NCBI RefSeq assembly: GCF_020442045.1 | Contig: NZ_JAGRLA010000062.1 | Span: 2,878-66,877, forward strand | Reading direction: 5' to 3' | Source of the DNA: Bauldia sp. | GTDB taxonomy: Bacteria; Pseudomonadota; Alphaproteobacteria; Rhizobiales; Kaistiaceae | Length of the DNA stretch: 64,000 nt | Part shown: in pieces, positions 17,945-27,235 of the stretch | Position numbering within the stretch: the stretch's first letter is position 1 | Layout of the letters: each line of letters opens with the position of its first letter | Made by a program: the position numbers and the translations under genes | Notes under the pieces: model-generated | Database searches by the model: none | Told to the model about the DNA's origin: nothing | What the model saw: only the letters and a program-made list of their open reading frames with translations

Positions 17945-18990
17945 ACCGACGTGGATGCTTTCGATACGGATGGAGGATTCACTTCGGTCGAAACCGACAG
18001 GTCGTCTTCGTAGCTGATCCGCGCCCTCGACGCATGGGCCGACGTGTGGCCGACATGCGCCGGACCGTGGTGGCTCTCGGCGTCCGGCGGGAAGTAGAAG
18101 CGGTTCTTGATCTCGCTGGTGACCTCGGCCTGGAAACGATGGCCGAGATACGTGCCCCAGAACTGGTTGAAGCGGAACAGAAGGATGCCGCCGAACTCGC
18201 GGCGGAGCTGCCCCTCGCGCGCCGCCTGCCGGCTGTCGGCAATCACGGTGCGGACGGTCAGCGTGGCGAAATCGAGGATGGAGAAACGCAGGCCGGGCTC
18301 GATGCTGCGCAGCGCCATCGCCTCGCGGCGGTAGCGGTTGCGGACGCGTCCCCAGGATTCGTCGTGGACATGGATCACCTCCGCCTCGCTGGCATAGGAG
18401 ATCTGGATGCCGCTGCGCTTCAGCTCCTTGGACCAGGCGATGTCCTCCAGCCCGGTCAGCGTCTCGTCATAGGGACGGGTCTGCCAAAGGCTGCGGCGGA
18501 TGGCGCAATTGGCGTTGTTGCAGAAATAGCTCGACTGGCGGTGGGCCGACTGGTTCGGGAACCACTTGGCGAAAATCTGCCGCTCGGAGAATTTGGTGAT
18601 CTCGTTGCCGCGCTGCATGCCGTAGACGAGGCCGACGGCGGCATCGTCGAAGGGCTCGACCATCCGCTCGAGCCAGTCGATCCGTGTCGGATAGACGTGG
18701 GCGCTGGCGAAGACCAGGATGTCGCCATGGGCGGCCTCGCAACCGACATTCAGGGACCGGCCGAAGGAGAATTCCGCCTTGGGGATCGGGACGATGCGGG
18801 CACCGTAGGACTGCGCGATCGGCACGGTATCGTCGGTCGAGCCGGAGTCGACGAGGATGACCTCGAAATCCTGACGTGACTGGAGGGCGAGTCCCGCGAA
18901 AAGGCGACCGATGAAGCGCTCTTCGTTATAGGCGCGGATAACAACCGATATTTTCGGCCTGCTTCCGGAAACCTGATGTGAATCAGACAT
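17941..18990 (-). CDS. Glycosyltransferase family 2 (GT-A)
   Basis: ISVVIRAYNEE, LVDSGSTDDT, FSFGRSLNVG and GLEDIAW; FASAHVYP at the usual DxD position. Confidence 0.88.
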   Translation of the reverse strand: MSDSHQVSGSRPKISVVIRAYNEERFIGRLFAGLALQSRQDFEVILVDSGSTDDTVPIAQSYGARIVPIPKAEFSFGRSLNVGCEAAHGDILVFASAHVYPTRIDWLERMVEPFDDAAVGLVYGMQRGNEITKFSERQIFAKWFPNQSAHRQSSYFCNNANCAIRRSLWQTRPYDETLTGLEDIAWSKELKRSGIQISYASEAEVIHVHDESWGRVRNRYRREAMALRSIEPGLRFSILDFATLTVRTVIADSRQAAREGQLRREFGGILLFRFNQFWGTYLGHRFQAEVTSEIKNRFYFPPDAESHHGPAHVGHTSAHASRARISYEDDLSVSTEVNPPSVSKASTSV

Positions 18991-19256
18991 CTACCCGTCT
19001 CTGTCAGCGCGCCCCGCCAGACCTTCAGCCCGCATCGAACCGGCCGCGGGACTGCTCCCCGACCCTTGGCCCGACGCATCGTGATATATCCGAGGGCGGC
19101 GCGCAAAGTAAAGCGCGCCAACGGTCGCGCCGCAGCACCGTTCCGGGCTTTCCCGGCGGGTGTGTCATTGTTGCGGGCAGCGGCCGCAACCGCCGGCAAA
19201 CGGGACAAAGGGACCGACGATCACCGCGAGGCGCCCGAGGAAGCCGGTGACGGGCC

Positions 19257-20270
19257 TCAGGACTCCGCCGCGGTCGGGAAGCTCCGCTTCATCCGGCGCG
19301 CCTTCATCGCCTCCTGGGCCTCGGGCGTTCCGTCGTGGAAGGTGCCGAACCACCGGTCGAGCGGCACCATGCCGTCGGCATAGTTCACCTCGAAATATTT
19401 GTGGTGGAGATAGTGGGCGTAATACGAGGTGTCCATGCTCGTCTCGTCGCCCATCACCACCCGGTCGAATCCGGTGTGGCCCTGCGCCGGCGCCACGCCG
19501 AGCCGCGACGCGAGGTTGATCATGTGGATCGGATGGGACGGAATGAGGAAGAAAAGCAGGATGGTGGAGAAATAGGCAACGTGCTCGATCGGATGCATCG
19601 ACAGGCCGGACCACGGTCCCGGATTGACGTTGCGATGATGCAGGCTATGGGCGATCCGGTAGAGCGGCGGCCAGTGCATCAGGCGGTGGGCGAGGTAGAA
19701 GCCGACCTCGTGGATGAAGGGGACGATGAAGAACACCGCCACGAACCACACCGGATAATCGCCGAAGGTGATCAGCGGCGCGATGTCGTTGGCATAGGCC
19801 CACAGCAGCAGCACCTCATAGGCGGTCCAGATCGGCACGCCGCTCGCGAGCGTGTGGAACATGTTGTCCCAGGTCTGGTTGCCGAAGGCGAAGGCGGCGG
19901 ATTTTTCCTTCGGCCACTGGCGATTGTATTTGAACAACGTTCCCTGCTTCCGCCAGGAATACAGCCAGAGATGCCAGGCTCCGTAGACGGCGACCGCGAG
20001 GCCGAGATTGCGGACGAGGATGATGGCGACCCAGCCGATCGAGAAGTCGCGCATGGTTTCCAGCGACGGGGTGAGGAATTCCCAGATCAGGATCGCGGCG
20101 ACGGCATAGAGCAGGTTCCAGGGAAGGAAATATCCCGGGAAGCCGAAGAAGAACTTCAGGAGGGCACGGGGATCGGGTGGCCAGTCGAAAACCGGCCCAT
20201 AGCTCACCGGCTTGTTCGGCACCCAGTAAGCACCGCGCGCATCCAGCTTGCCGTATCTCGAATCGTCCAT
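19257..20270 (-). CDS. Sterol desaturase / fatty acid hydroxylase family di-iron membrane enzyme
   Basis: His boxes HRLMH, HSLHH and HYLHH; TM segments; SD GGGGAGG before ATG 20270. Confidence 0.85.
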   Translation of the reverse strand: MDDSRYGKLDARGAYWVPNKPVSYGPVFDWPPDPRALLKFFFGFPGYFLPWNLLYAVAAILIWEFLTPSLETMRDFSIGWVAIILVRNLGLAVAVYGAWHLWLYSWRKQGTLFKYNRQWPKEKSAAFAFGNQTWDNMFHTLASGVPIWTAYEVLLLWAYANDIAPLITFGDYPVWFVAVFFIVPFIHEVGFYLAHRLMHWPPLYRIAHSLHHRNVNPGPWSGLSMHPIEHVAYFSTILLFFLIPSHPIHMINLASRLGVAPAQGHTGFDRVVMGDETSMDTSYYAHYLHHKYFEVNYADGMVPLDRWFGTFHDGTPEAQEAMKARRMKRSFPTAAES

Positions 20271-20460
20271 GGCCGCATCCTCCCCGACCGATGATACCAC
20301 CTTGTCACCTCCCCGCGCAGCCTCCCCGTGGCGGAGCATTCATGCGGCGCGGGCAGGCGTTCCCTGATCGTGTCGCCGGGCGCGCCGGCGGGGTCTATGC
20401 CGCATCGCGTGTCCCGGGCTATTCCCTTTCCCGGTTCCAACCAGGCCAGGAAGGACTGAC

Positions 20461-21123
20461 ATGACCGTGCTTGTTCATCCCGTTTCCGGATCGATGCTTG
20501 CGGCCGAGGAGATCGAGGCCTGGCGGATGATCCCCGTCGCGGTCGCGGTCGACCTGACGCGCGACATCGGGCAGATCGATCCGGCCATACGTCCGCTCAA
20601 CCCGCCGGGACGGCAGCCGCGCCTGTTTGGTCGCGCCGTGACCGCGCGTTGCGAGCCGCCGGATTTCGGCGCGGTGGTCCATGCGCTGGATGTCGCCGGC
20701 CCCGGCGACGTGTTGATGATCTCCGCAGCGGGCAATGCCGACTTCGCCATGATCGGCGAGGTCCTCGGCGGATACCTGCGGCGGCGCGGCTGCGCCGGCC
20801 TGGTCTGCGATGGCGCGGTTCGCGACGTCGGCACCCTGGCGGGCTGGCCGAACTTTTCCGTCTATGCGCGGTCGATCACGCCACGCGGGCCGGAATCCGC
20901 CGAACGAGGGGCGGTCAACGCGCCCGTCGTGATCGGCGGGCAGCCGGTATCGGCCGGCGACCTTGTGATCGGCGACGATGACGGGGTCGTCGCCCTGCCG
21001 CCGGAGGCCGCCCGCTCCCGGATCGGGGCCGCGCAAGGCAGGCTCGCCCTCGAAGCCGAGTGGCAGCAAAGCCTGGCAAGCGGACGAACGGCGGCGGAGA
21101 CCTTCGGTTCCGGGACGGCCTGA
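20461..21123 (+). CDS. RraA family / HMG-CHA aldolase-like protein
   Basis: GPGDVLMI, AMIGEV, VCDGAVRD, GDLVIGDDDGVV; SD AGGAAGG. Confidence 0.85.
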   Translation: MTVLVHPVSGSMLAAEEIEAWRMIPVAVAVDLTRDIGQIDPAIRPLNPPGRQPRLFGRAVTARCEPPDFGAVVHALDVAGPGDVLMISAAGNADFAMIGEVLGGYLRRRGCAGLVCDGAVRDVGTLAGWPNFSVYARSITPRGPESAERGAVNAPVVIGGQPVSAGDLVIGDDDGVVALPPEAARSRIGAAQGRLALEAEWQQSLASGRTAAETFGSGTA

Positions 21124-21135
21124 TCCGGCGCCCGG

Positions 21136-21155
21136 CCGCCAGGCAAGCCTGGCGG
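21136..21155. terminator. Hairpin between convergent genes
   Basis: CCGCCAGG-CAAG-CCTGGCGG, 13 nt after the RraA-family stop. Confidence 0.45.
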
Positions 21156-21332
21156 CGAGGCGGTCGTGGAAAGACGCGGTCCTCCGGGAGCGTTCGGGCG
21201 GTGCGGATCGTGCCGGCGGCCATCACGGTGCCATCCCGCGTCGCGTTCCACGACGGGGTGGCGTCGTCGCCCGTCCCGCGAAATGGGGGGCGTGCCAGAA
21301 GGCTCCTCCGGCCGCCACGTCCTGAAGCGCGC

Positions 21333-22265
21333 CTATTGCCGGGACGGCCCGTCCGGTGACGACACCTGGATGTCGGGCCTGGCCAGGTGCGTGCGGACGA
21401 AACCGAGGCTGCGCCGCACGGCGGCGACGACCTCGCTGCTCGAAGGCGCCCTGGCCTGCCGCACGGGGTCTCCCCGCCCTGGTCGCCTAAGCCGGATCGG
21501 ATGCTCGATCCCGACCGGAATGCCGGCCTCGCGGATCGCGCCGAAGACCTCATCGTTGTAATTCACTACACCCTCTCCGATCGGACAATAGACCCAGTCA
21601 GCGCCCGACTCGCGCACATCCTTCAGATGAATATGCGCGCTGAATGGCAACGCCGCCTTCAGGTCGTCCAGCGCGTCGGTCTTGCGGCCGCCGTAGGTGA
21701 GCGCATTGCCGATGTCGTAGTTCAGTCGAAGATTGGGATGGGCGATCGCCGCCACGATTCGGGCGGATTCCTGTCCGGCCGGCAACAGGGCATCGGCTCC
21801 GTGGCCGGGGTTCTCGATTGCAAGCGTAACACCTGTGGAGGCGAAGGCGTCCAGCACCCCGCCGAGCAGGGCCTCAAACGTTGCTCGCCGCTCCAAGGTC
21901 GTGGCGTTGGAAATCAGGATCGAAGCGCCGGCCGCCGCGGCGAAATCGAGGCGGCGCAGGAGCTTCCCGGCGCTCTCGGCACGACCAAGATCCATATGCG
22001 CGGACAGCGCCCGAAGAGCCAGGCCGGCATCGGCGGCCGCGGCTGCCAGCGCGTTGCCGTTCCTCTCGGAGAACGTGGTCTCGTCGAACGGCATATAGCC
22101 GTCGATGTATGCGGGTTCGACCGCCGTCGCGCCGGCTTGCGCGATCATCTCAAGGCCCCGTCGGAACGAGGCGCCGTCGGTCACGACGGTCGATACGGAT
22201 ATCTGGGGCGACGCCTCGCGGTCGCCGTTCCCGACGCCTTTCGACACCAGACTTCTCCATGACAT
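21333..22265 (-). CDS. Sugar phosphate isomerase/epimerase (xylose isomerase-like TIM barrel)
   Basis: Metal-ligand pattern LAIENPG, LNYDIGN, HIHLKD and GIEH. The true start may be a few codons downstream. Confidence 0.8.
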   Translation of the reverse strand: MSWRSLVSKGVGNGDREASPQISVSTVVTDGASFRRGLEMIAQAGATAVEPAYIDGYMPFDETTFSERNGNALAAAAADAGLALRALSAHMDLGRAESAGKLLRRLDFAAAAGASILISNATTLERRATFEALLGGVLDAFASTGVTLAIENPGHGADALLPAGQESARIVAAIAHPNLRLNYDIGNALTYGGRKTDALDDLKAALPFSAHIHLKDVRESGADWVYCPIGEGVVNYNDEVFGAIREAGIPVGIEHPIRLRRPGRGDPVRQARAPSSSEVVAAVRRSLGFVRTHLARPDIQVSSPDGPSRQ

Positions 22266-22279
22266 CGTTGATGTTATGA

Positions 22280-22298
22280 TGGTATACTGAGTATGCTA
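22280..22298. promoter_or_regulatory. Imperfect palindrome, candidate GntR/FadR operator in a divergent promoter
   Basis: TGGTATACT-G-AGTATGCTA (2 mismatches from a perfect palindrome) in an AT-rich 85-bp divergent spacer. Confidence 0.45.
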
Positions 22299-22350
22299 TC
22301 CGAAGATCAAGCCGGAGCAGACAACCGGCTGGGCGATGCGGGGGGAGCAA

Positions 22351-23190
22351 ATGACGCGTTCGGTTGCCGTATTCGGGGCGGGCGGAAAAATGGGCTTCCG
22401 CGTCGCCAAGAAGCTGTTCGATGCCGGCTACGACCTGCGGGCGATCGAGATCGGCGAAGCAGGCAAGAAGCGTCTCACCGACGGCGGCATCGAGCCGGTG
22501 GGCATCGATGCCGGTCTCGACAGGGCCGAGGTCGTCGTGCTGGCCCTGCCCGACAACATCATCGGCAAGGTCGCGGCCGAGATCGAGCCGAAGCTGCCGG
22601 CCGGCACGATGCTCCTCATCCTCGATGCGGCGGCGCCCTACGCGGATGACCTTCCCAAGAACCGCCCGGACCTGACGTATTTCGTCGGCCATCCCTGCCA
22701 CCCGCCGCTCTATAACGACGAGACCGAATGGGACGCGCGCCGCGACTATCACGGCGGCGTCGCCAAACAGGCGATCGTGTGCGCGCTGATGCAGGGGCCG
22801 GAAGCGCATTACGCCGTCGGTGCAGAGATTTGCGAGGCCATGTGGTCACCGGTCACGACCACGCATCGCGTGACGACCGAACAGCTGGCGATTCTGGAGC
22901 CCGGCCTCTCCGAGATGCTCGCCATGTGCATGGTCGACGTCATGTGCGAGGCGGTCGACGAATGCGAGACCAAATACGGCATCCCCCGGCAGGCCGCGCA
23001 TGACTTCCTGATCGGCCATCTCAATGTCGAGATCGCAATGTGGTTCGGCTATTCGCCGAAGGTTCCATCCGATGCCGCGCTGCGCCTGCTGAGATTCGGC
23101 AAGTCGAAGATCATGCGCGAAGGCTGGCGCGATGCGCTTTCGCCCGCGGTCGTGCGCGAGGCGGCGGAGCTGATCGTCAATGCCAAGTAG
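22351..23190 (+). CDS. D-apionate oxidoisomerase-like protein (ApnO / PGDH_C family)
   Basis: AVFGAGGKMG, LALPDNIIG, LDAAAP, YFVGHPCHPP, ALMQGPE and LEPGLSE, recognised as the ApnO family signature; SD GGGGGAG. Confidence 0.75.
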   Translation: MTRSVAVFGAGGKMGFRVAKKLFDAGYDLRAIEIGEAGKKRLTDGGIEPVGIDAGLDRAEVVVLALPDNIIGKVAAEIEPKLPAGTMLLILDAAAPYADDLPKNRPDLTYFVGHPCHPPLYNDETEWDARRDYHGGVAKQAIVCALMQGPEAHYAVGAEICEAMWSPVTTTHRVTTEQLAILEPGLSEMLAMCMVDVMCEAVDECETKYGIPRQAAHDFLIGHLNVEIAMWFGYSPKVPSDAALRLLRFGKSKIMREGWRDALSPAVVREAAELIVNAK

Positions 23191-23232
23191 GGCGGCGCCC
23201 GCGATCCGGGCTCGGTGCGGGCGGGCCGGTCG

Positions 23233-23427
23233 ATGACCTGTCGCGGCGCCCTGATCGGATGCGGTTTCCTCGCTGAGGATCACATGGATGCCCGGGCCGG
23301 GATCGGCGGTACGGAAATCGCTGCCGCCCGCGGTCTCGGCGTGACGTTCGCCATCGGGTCCTTGCGAGCCGGCGAGGCCGTGGTGCCGCCGCCTCGCCAA
23401 GGAATCAACCAGCCGGCGCCGCGATGA
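23233..23427 (+). pseudogene. Remnant of a Gfo/Idh/MocA oxidoreductase (N-terminal ~32 codons)
   Basis: MTCRGALIGCGFLAEDHMDARAGIGGTEIAAA resembles the GxLIGCGFF..H..AW..I.G.EIVA start of Gfo/Idh/MocA enzymes, then loses similarity and stops at 23427. Confidence 0.6.
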
Positions 23428-23554
23428 AGCGCGCCGAAACGAAGGGATGCCGAGCGCCGCGGGGCGAGATGCAAATCCTGGTTTCGGGTTGCCCGGACCT
23501 TGATGGGAGCGACCGCTCCCGACCACCACACCAGCAAATGATGGGAGGAAGACC

Positions 23555-24547
23555 ATGAGATCGCTGACATCCACCGTAACTGCCTCGCTGATCGCCCTTG
23601 GCGGAATCGTGGCCGGTACCTCGGCCAACGCGGCGACGATCTGCTTCGCCTTCCAGGATCTGGAGACGGAATTCTGGGTCGCCGGTCACAAGGCGATCAC
23701 CACGACGCTTGCCGACCAGGGCCATACCGTCCTGGAGCGGAACGCAAACGAGGATGCCAACAAGCAGCTCGAGCAGATCAAGGATTGTATCGCCCAGGGC
23801 GTCGACGGCATCATCGTCATCCCGCAGGATGGCGAGAGCGCAGTGACCATCGTCAAGGAGGCTCAGTCGGCCGACGTGCCGATCGCCGTGTTCAACCGGC
23901 CGCCCACCGACACCTCCAAGGGCATCGTCGTCGTCGCCGACAACAAGACCATCGCCGAGCAGGCGGTCGACTACATCGTCGAGGAAGCTCTGGCCAAGGC
24001 TCCCGCCGACAAGACGCTGAACGCGATCATCATCGTCGGCGACCTGGGCGACCCCAACGCCGTGGGCCGCAAGGACGGCTTCTATGCGGCGATCGACAAG
24101 CACAAGGATCGCTTCAACGTCGTCGAGGTCGCGTCGAAGTGGGATGCCGCCACGGCGCTCGCCAACCTGGAGGCGGCGGTGACCGCGAACCCGGAGGTGG
24201 ACCTCCTCTTCACGTCCTCCGACTTCCTGTTCCCGACCATCCGTTCGGTCTTCGAGCCGCGCGGCCTCTGGAAAAAGCCGGGCGAGGACGGGCACGTGAT
24301 GATGGCCGGGCTCGACGGTGACAAGACCGCCTGCCAGCTGATCAAGGACGGCTACGTCGATGCCACCGGCGTCCAGGACCTCTACTTCGAGGCGGATGCG
24401 TCGCTGAAGGCCATCCTGGCGGCCATCGATGGCGGCGAGGCCCAGCCGAATGAAGTCGTGCAGGATCCCGGCTTCGCGCTGACGCAGGCCAACCTCGGCA
24501 CTGATGAAATGAAGATGTGGGGCTGCGTCCTTCTCGCTGGCAAGTAA
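23555..24547 (+). CDS. Sugar ABC transporter substrate-binding protein (RbsB-like)
   Basis: Signal peptide, EFWVAG, QGVDGIIVIP and AGLDGD; SD GGGAGG. Confidence 0.9.
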   Translation: MRSLTSTVTASLIALGGIVAGTSANAATICFAFQDLETEFWVAGHKAITTTLADQGHTVLERNANEDANKQLEQIKDCIAQGVDGIIVIPQDGESAVTIVKEAQSADVPIAVFNRPPTDTSKGIVVVADNKTIAEQAVDYIVEEALAKAPADKTLNAIIIVGDLGDPNAVGRKDGFYAAIDKHKDRFNVVEVASKWDAATALANLEAAVTANPEVDLLFTSSDFLFPTIRSVFEPRGLWKKPGEDGHVMMAGLDGDKTACQLIKDGYVDATGVQDLYFEADASLKAILAAIDGGEAQPNEVVQDPGFALTQANLGTDEMKMWGCVLLAGK

Positions 24548-24566
24548 CGTTCCCCGACGAGAGCAA

Positions 24567-24600
24567 CCATCGGGCAGGCCGATCGCTGCCTGCCCGATGG
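24567..24600 (+). other. Intercistronic stem-loop after the SBP gene
   Basis: Perfect 13-bp IR CCATCGGGCAGGC-N8-GCCTGCCCGATGG, typical of mRNA-stabilising hairpins that raise SBP over permease expression. Confidence 0.65.
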
Positions 24601-24617
24601 GCCTGCGGAGCCCGCAA

Positions 24618-25736
24618 ATGCCGTCAGCCGCCTCCAGCCCATCCCGGAAATGGGCGTCGAGACTGTTTCTCTCGGACTATTTCGTCCTCTACCTGTCGCT
24701 GGCCTATGTCGCCATCCTGGCGCCGTTCCTTCCGACGCTCCTCAATCCGGCCAATATTTCCAACGTCCTTTCAAACCTGTGGCCGCTGCTGGTGGTCGCG
24801 ACCGGACAGACCTTCATCCTGGCCACCGCCGGGATCGATCTCAGCCAGGGCGCCGTCATCGCCGTGACGTCGGTGATAGGTGCGATGCTGATCGCCGTCA
24901 CCGGCAACGCGGCCGTGCTTTCGAACGCGCCGATCTGGGGTGTCTTCATTGGCGAGCAGGGCGGGATTCTCGCCGGCAGCATCGGCGGCATCGCCGTTGC
25001 CATCGCCATCATGATGCTTGTCGCGATCCTGATCGGCCTGCTGAACGGGGTGTCCGTGGCCGTCTTCGGCATGCCGGCCTTCATGGTGACGCTGGTGACC
25101 ATGATCGTCATCGGCGCCGTGGCGATCTATCTTTCGCTTTCCGAAAACATCAGCAACCTGCCGGATGCCTTCGTCACCCTCGGCAAGGGCGATCTCGTGT
25201 CGGTCTATTTCGGGGCGCAGGACGAAAGCAAAATCCCCCGCAAGATCATCTATTCCTTCGTGACCTATCCGATGGTCATCGCCGTGGCGGTCGCCGTCGC
25301 GGCTCACTATCTCCTGAACCGGACCGTGTTCGGGCGCCAGGTCGTTGCCGTCGGTTCCAACAAGCGCAACGCCGAGGTCTCGGGCATCCCGGTGCGGCGG
25401 GTGATCGTCGCGGTCTTCGTCATCTCCGCCGTCTGCGCGGCGATCGGCTCGATCCTCTACTCGGCCCGGCTGGAGGCGGGCCGTCCGACGCTGGGCGCCG
25501 GCACCTTCCTTCTCGACGTGATCGGCGCAACCGTGATCGGCGGCACGAGCCTCTTCGGCGGCAAGGCGAAGATCATCTGGACCTTCTTCGGCGTGCTGTT
25601 CTTCGTGCTCCTGTCGAATACGCTCAACCTGATGAACCTGTCCGCCTTCCAGGTCGACATGGTCAAGGGCGCGGTCATTCTCGCCGCGGCCCTTCTCGAC
25701 GTGCTGCGAACCCGGCTGACCCGGGAGTTGACGTGA
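24618..25736 (+). CDS. Sugar ABC transporter permease
   Basis: GIDLSQG, PAFMVTL, VFGRQVVAVGSN..AEVSGI (EAA loop) and IGGTSLFGG. Confidence 0.9.
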   Translation: MPSAASSPSRKWASRLFLSDYFVLYLSLAYVAILAPFLPTLLNPANISNVLSNLWPLLVVATGQTFILATAGIDLSQGAVIAVTSVIGAMLIAVTGNAAVLSNAPIWGVFIGEQGGILAGSIGGIAVAIAIMMLVAILIGLLNGVSVAVFGMPAFMVTLVTMIVIGAVAIYLSLSENISNLPDAFVTLGKGDLVSVYFGAQDESKIPRKIIYSFVTYPMVIAVAVAVAAHYLLNRTVFGRQVVAVGSNKRNAEVSGIPVRRVIVAVFVISAVCAAIGSILYSARLEAGRPTLGAGTFLLDVIGATVIGGTSLFGGKAKIIWTFFGVLFFVLLSNTLNLMNLSAFQVDMVKGAVILAAALLDVLRTRLTRELT

Positions 25737-27235
25737 TGGGCGACCTGCTGGCGTTCGAGGGGCTGTCGAAAAGCTGGTTCGGCGTGCCGGCGGTCTCCGA
25801 TCTGACCCTGGCGATGCGTGAGAATTCGCTCCTCGGGGTGATCGGGCAGAATGGCGCCGGCAAGTCGACGCTCATGAACATGATCGGCGGGATCGTTGAG
25901 CCGACGAGCGGCCGGATGCGATGGAAGGGCGCGGATTACGAGCCGAAATCGGCCGCCGATGCGAGCGAGGCGGGCATCGCCTTCATCCATCAGGAACTCA
26001 ATCTTTTCACCAACCTGACCGTAGCGGAGAACCTCTACATAGATGGTTTTCCGCGAAAATTCGGGATGATCGATTGGGCGACGATCAACGAGCGCACCCG
26101 ACATATCCTCGGACGGCTGGCCCTCGACGTCGAGCCGTCGGTGAATGTCGGCCACCTGTCGCCCGGCGAGCGTCAGCTCGTCGAGATTGCCCGCGCGCTT
26201 CACAACGAGGCCGAGCTCGTCATCTTCGACGAGCCGACGACCTCGCTGACCCCGCGCGAAACGGAGCGGCTCTTCGAAACCATCGCCACACTGCGGGGGG
26301 AGGGGCGTTCCATCGTCTACATCTCCCACATCCTGAGCGACGTGAAGAAGCTGTCGGACGACGTCGCGGTCCTTCGTGACGGCAAGTTGGTCGACCAGGG
26401 GCCAGCGAGCGATTTCTCCATCGCGCGCATGATCCGCTCGATGATCGGACGCGACCTTGGCGGCCAATTCCCGGAACGCAGCAACACGCCGACGACCAGC
26501 GCCATCCTGTCCGCCCGATCCCTGTCGCAGCCGGGCGTTCTGCAGGATGTCTCCATCGCGGTGAATCGAGGTGAGATTCTTGGATTATTCGGCCTCATGG
26601 GCGCCGGCCGCAGCGAATTGGCGCGGGTCATCTTCGGCCTTGATCCGCACGAGACCGGCGAGATCGAGATCGATGGCAAGCCGCTCGCCGGCGGTCCGCG
26701 CGAGCGCATCGCCGCCGGGCTCGCCTTCGTCACCGAAGACAGGCGCGCGGAGGGACTCATGCTCGAGGCGCCGATCGCCGAGAATCTCGCCCTGGTATCG
26801 ATCGACCGGTTTGGCAAAAAGCCCTTCATGCTGGTCGATCGCGAACGGGTGGCGGAAGAAACCGAGGCGATGAAGGACAACCTTTCGATAAAGGCGGGCA
26901 ACATCGCCCGCCAGCCGGCCAAGGCCCTGTCGGGCGGCAACCAGCAGAAGGTCGTGATCGGAAAATGGCAGATGCAGTCGCCGAAGCTCTTCATCCTCGA
27001 TGAACCGACTCGCGGAGTCGATGTCGGCGCCAAATACGAGATCTACACGCTGATCGACCGGATCGCGGCCACCGGCGGCGGTATTCTGATGATTTCCTCC
27101 GAGCTCGAAGAGCTGCTCGGCATGGCGGATCGCATCGTCGTGATGAATCGCGGCGAGGTGGTCGGCGAGGTCGGTCGCGACGAGTTCGATCGCGAGACCA
27201 TCCTTTCAATGGCATTCCGCGAGGTGATCGCGTGA
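25736..27235 (+). CDS. Sugar ABC transporter ATP-binding protein (two fused NBDs)
   Basis: GQNGAGKST, IFDEPT, LSGGNQQK and ILDEPTRGVDVGAK; start overlaps the upstream stop. Confidence 0.93.
   Translation: MGDLLAFEGLSKSWFGVPAVSDLTLAMRENSLLGVIGQNGAGKSTLMNMIGGIVEPTSGRMRWKGADYEPKSAADASEAGIAFIHQELNLFTNLTVAENLYIDGFPRKFGMIDWATINERTRHILGRLALDVEPSVNVGHLSPGERQLVEIARALHNEAELVIFDEPTTSLTPRETERLFETIATLRGEGRSIVYISHILSDVKKLSDDVAVLRDGKLVDQGPASDFSIARMIRSMIGRDLGGQFPERSNTPTTSAILSARSLSQPGVLQDVSIAVNRGEILGLFGLMGAGRSELARVIFGLDPHETGEIEIDGKPLAGGPRERIAAGLAFVTEDRRAEGLMLEAPIAENLALVSIDRFGKKPFMLVDRERVAEETEAMKDNLSIKAGNIARQPAKALSGGNQQKVVIGKWQMQSPKLFILDEPTRGVDVGAKYEIYTLIDRIAATGGGILMISSELEELLGMADRIVVMNRGEVVGEVGRDEFDRETILSMAFREVIA

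Noticed and set aside
20279-20327. Three CCTCCCC motifs suggesting a cuckoo/anti-SD sRNA
   Set aside because: The motifs are not in convincing hairpin loops, and one is simply the SD of the desaturase gene on the other strand.
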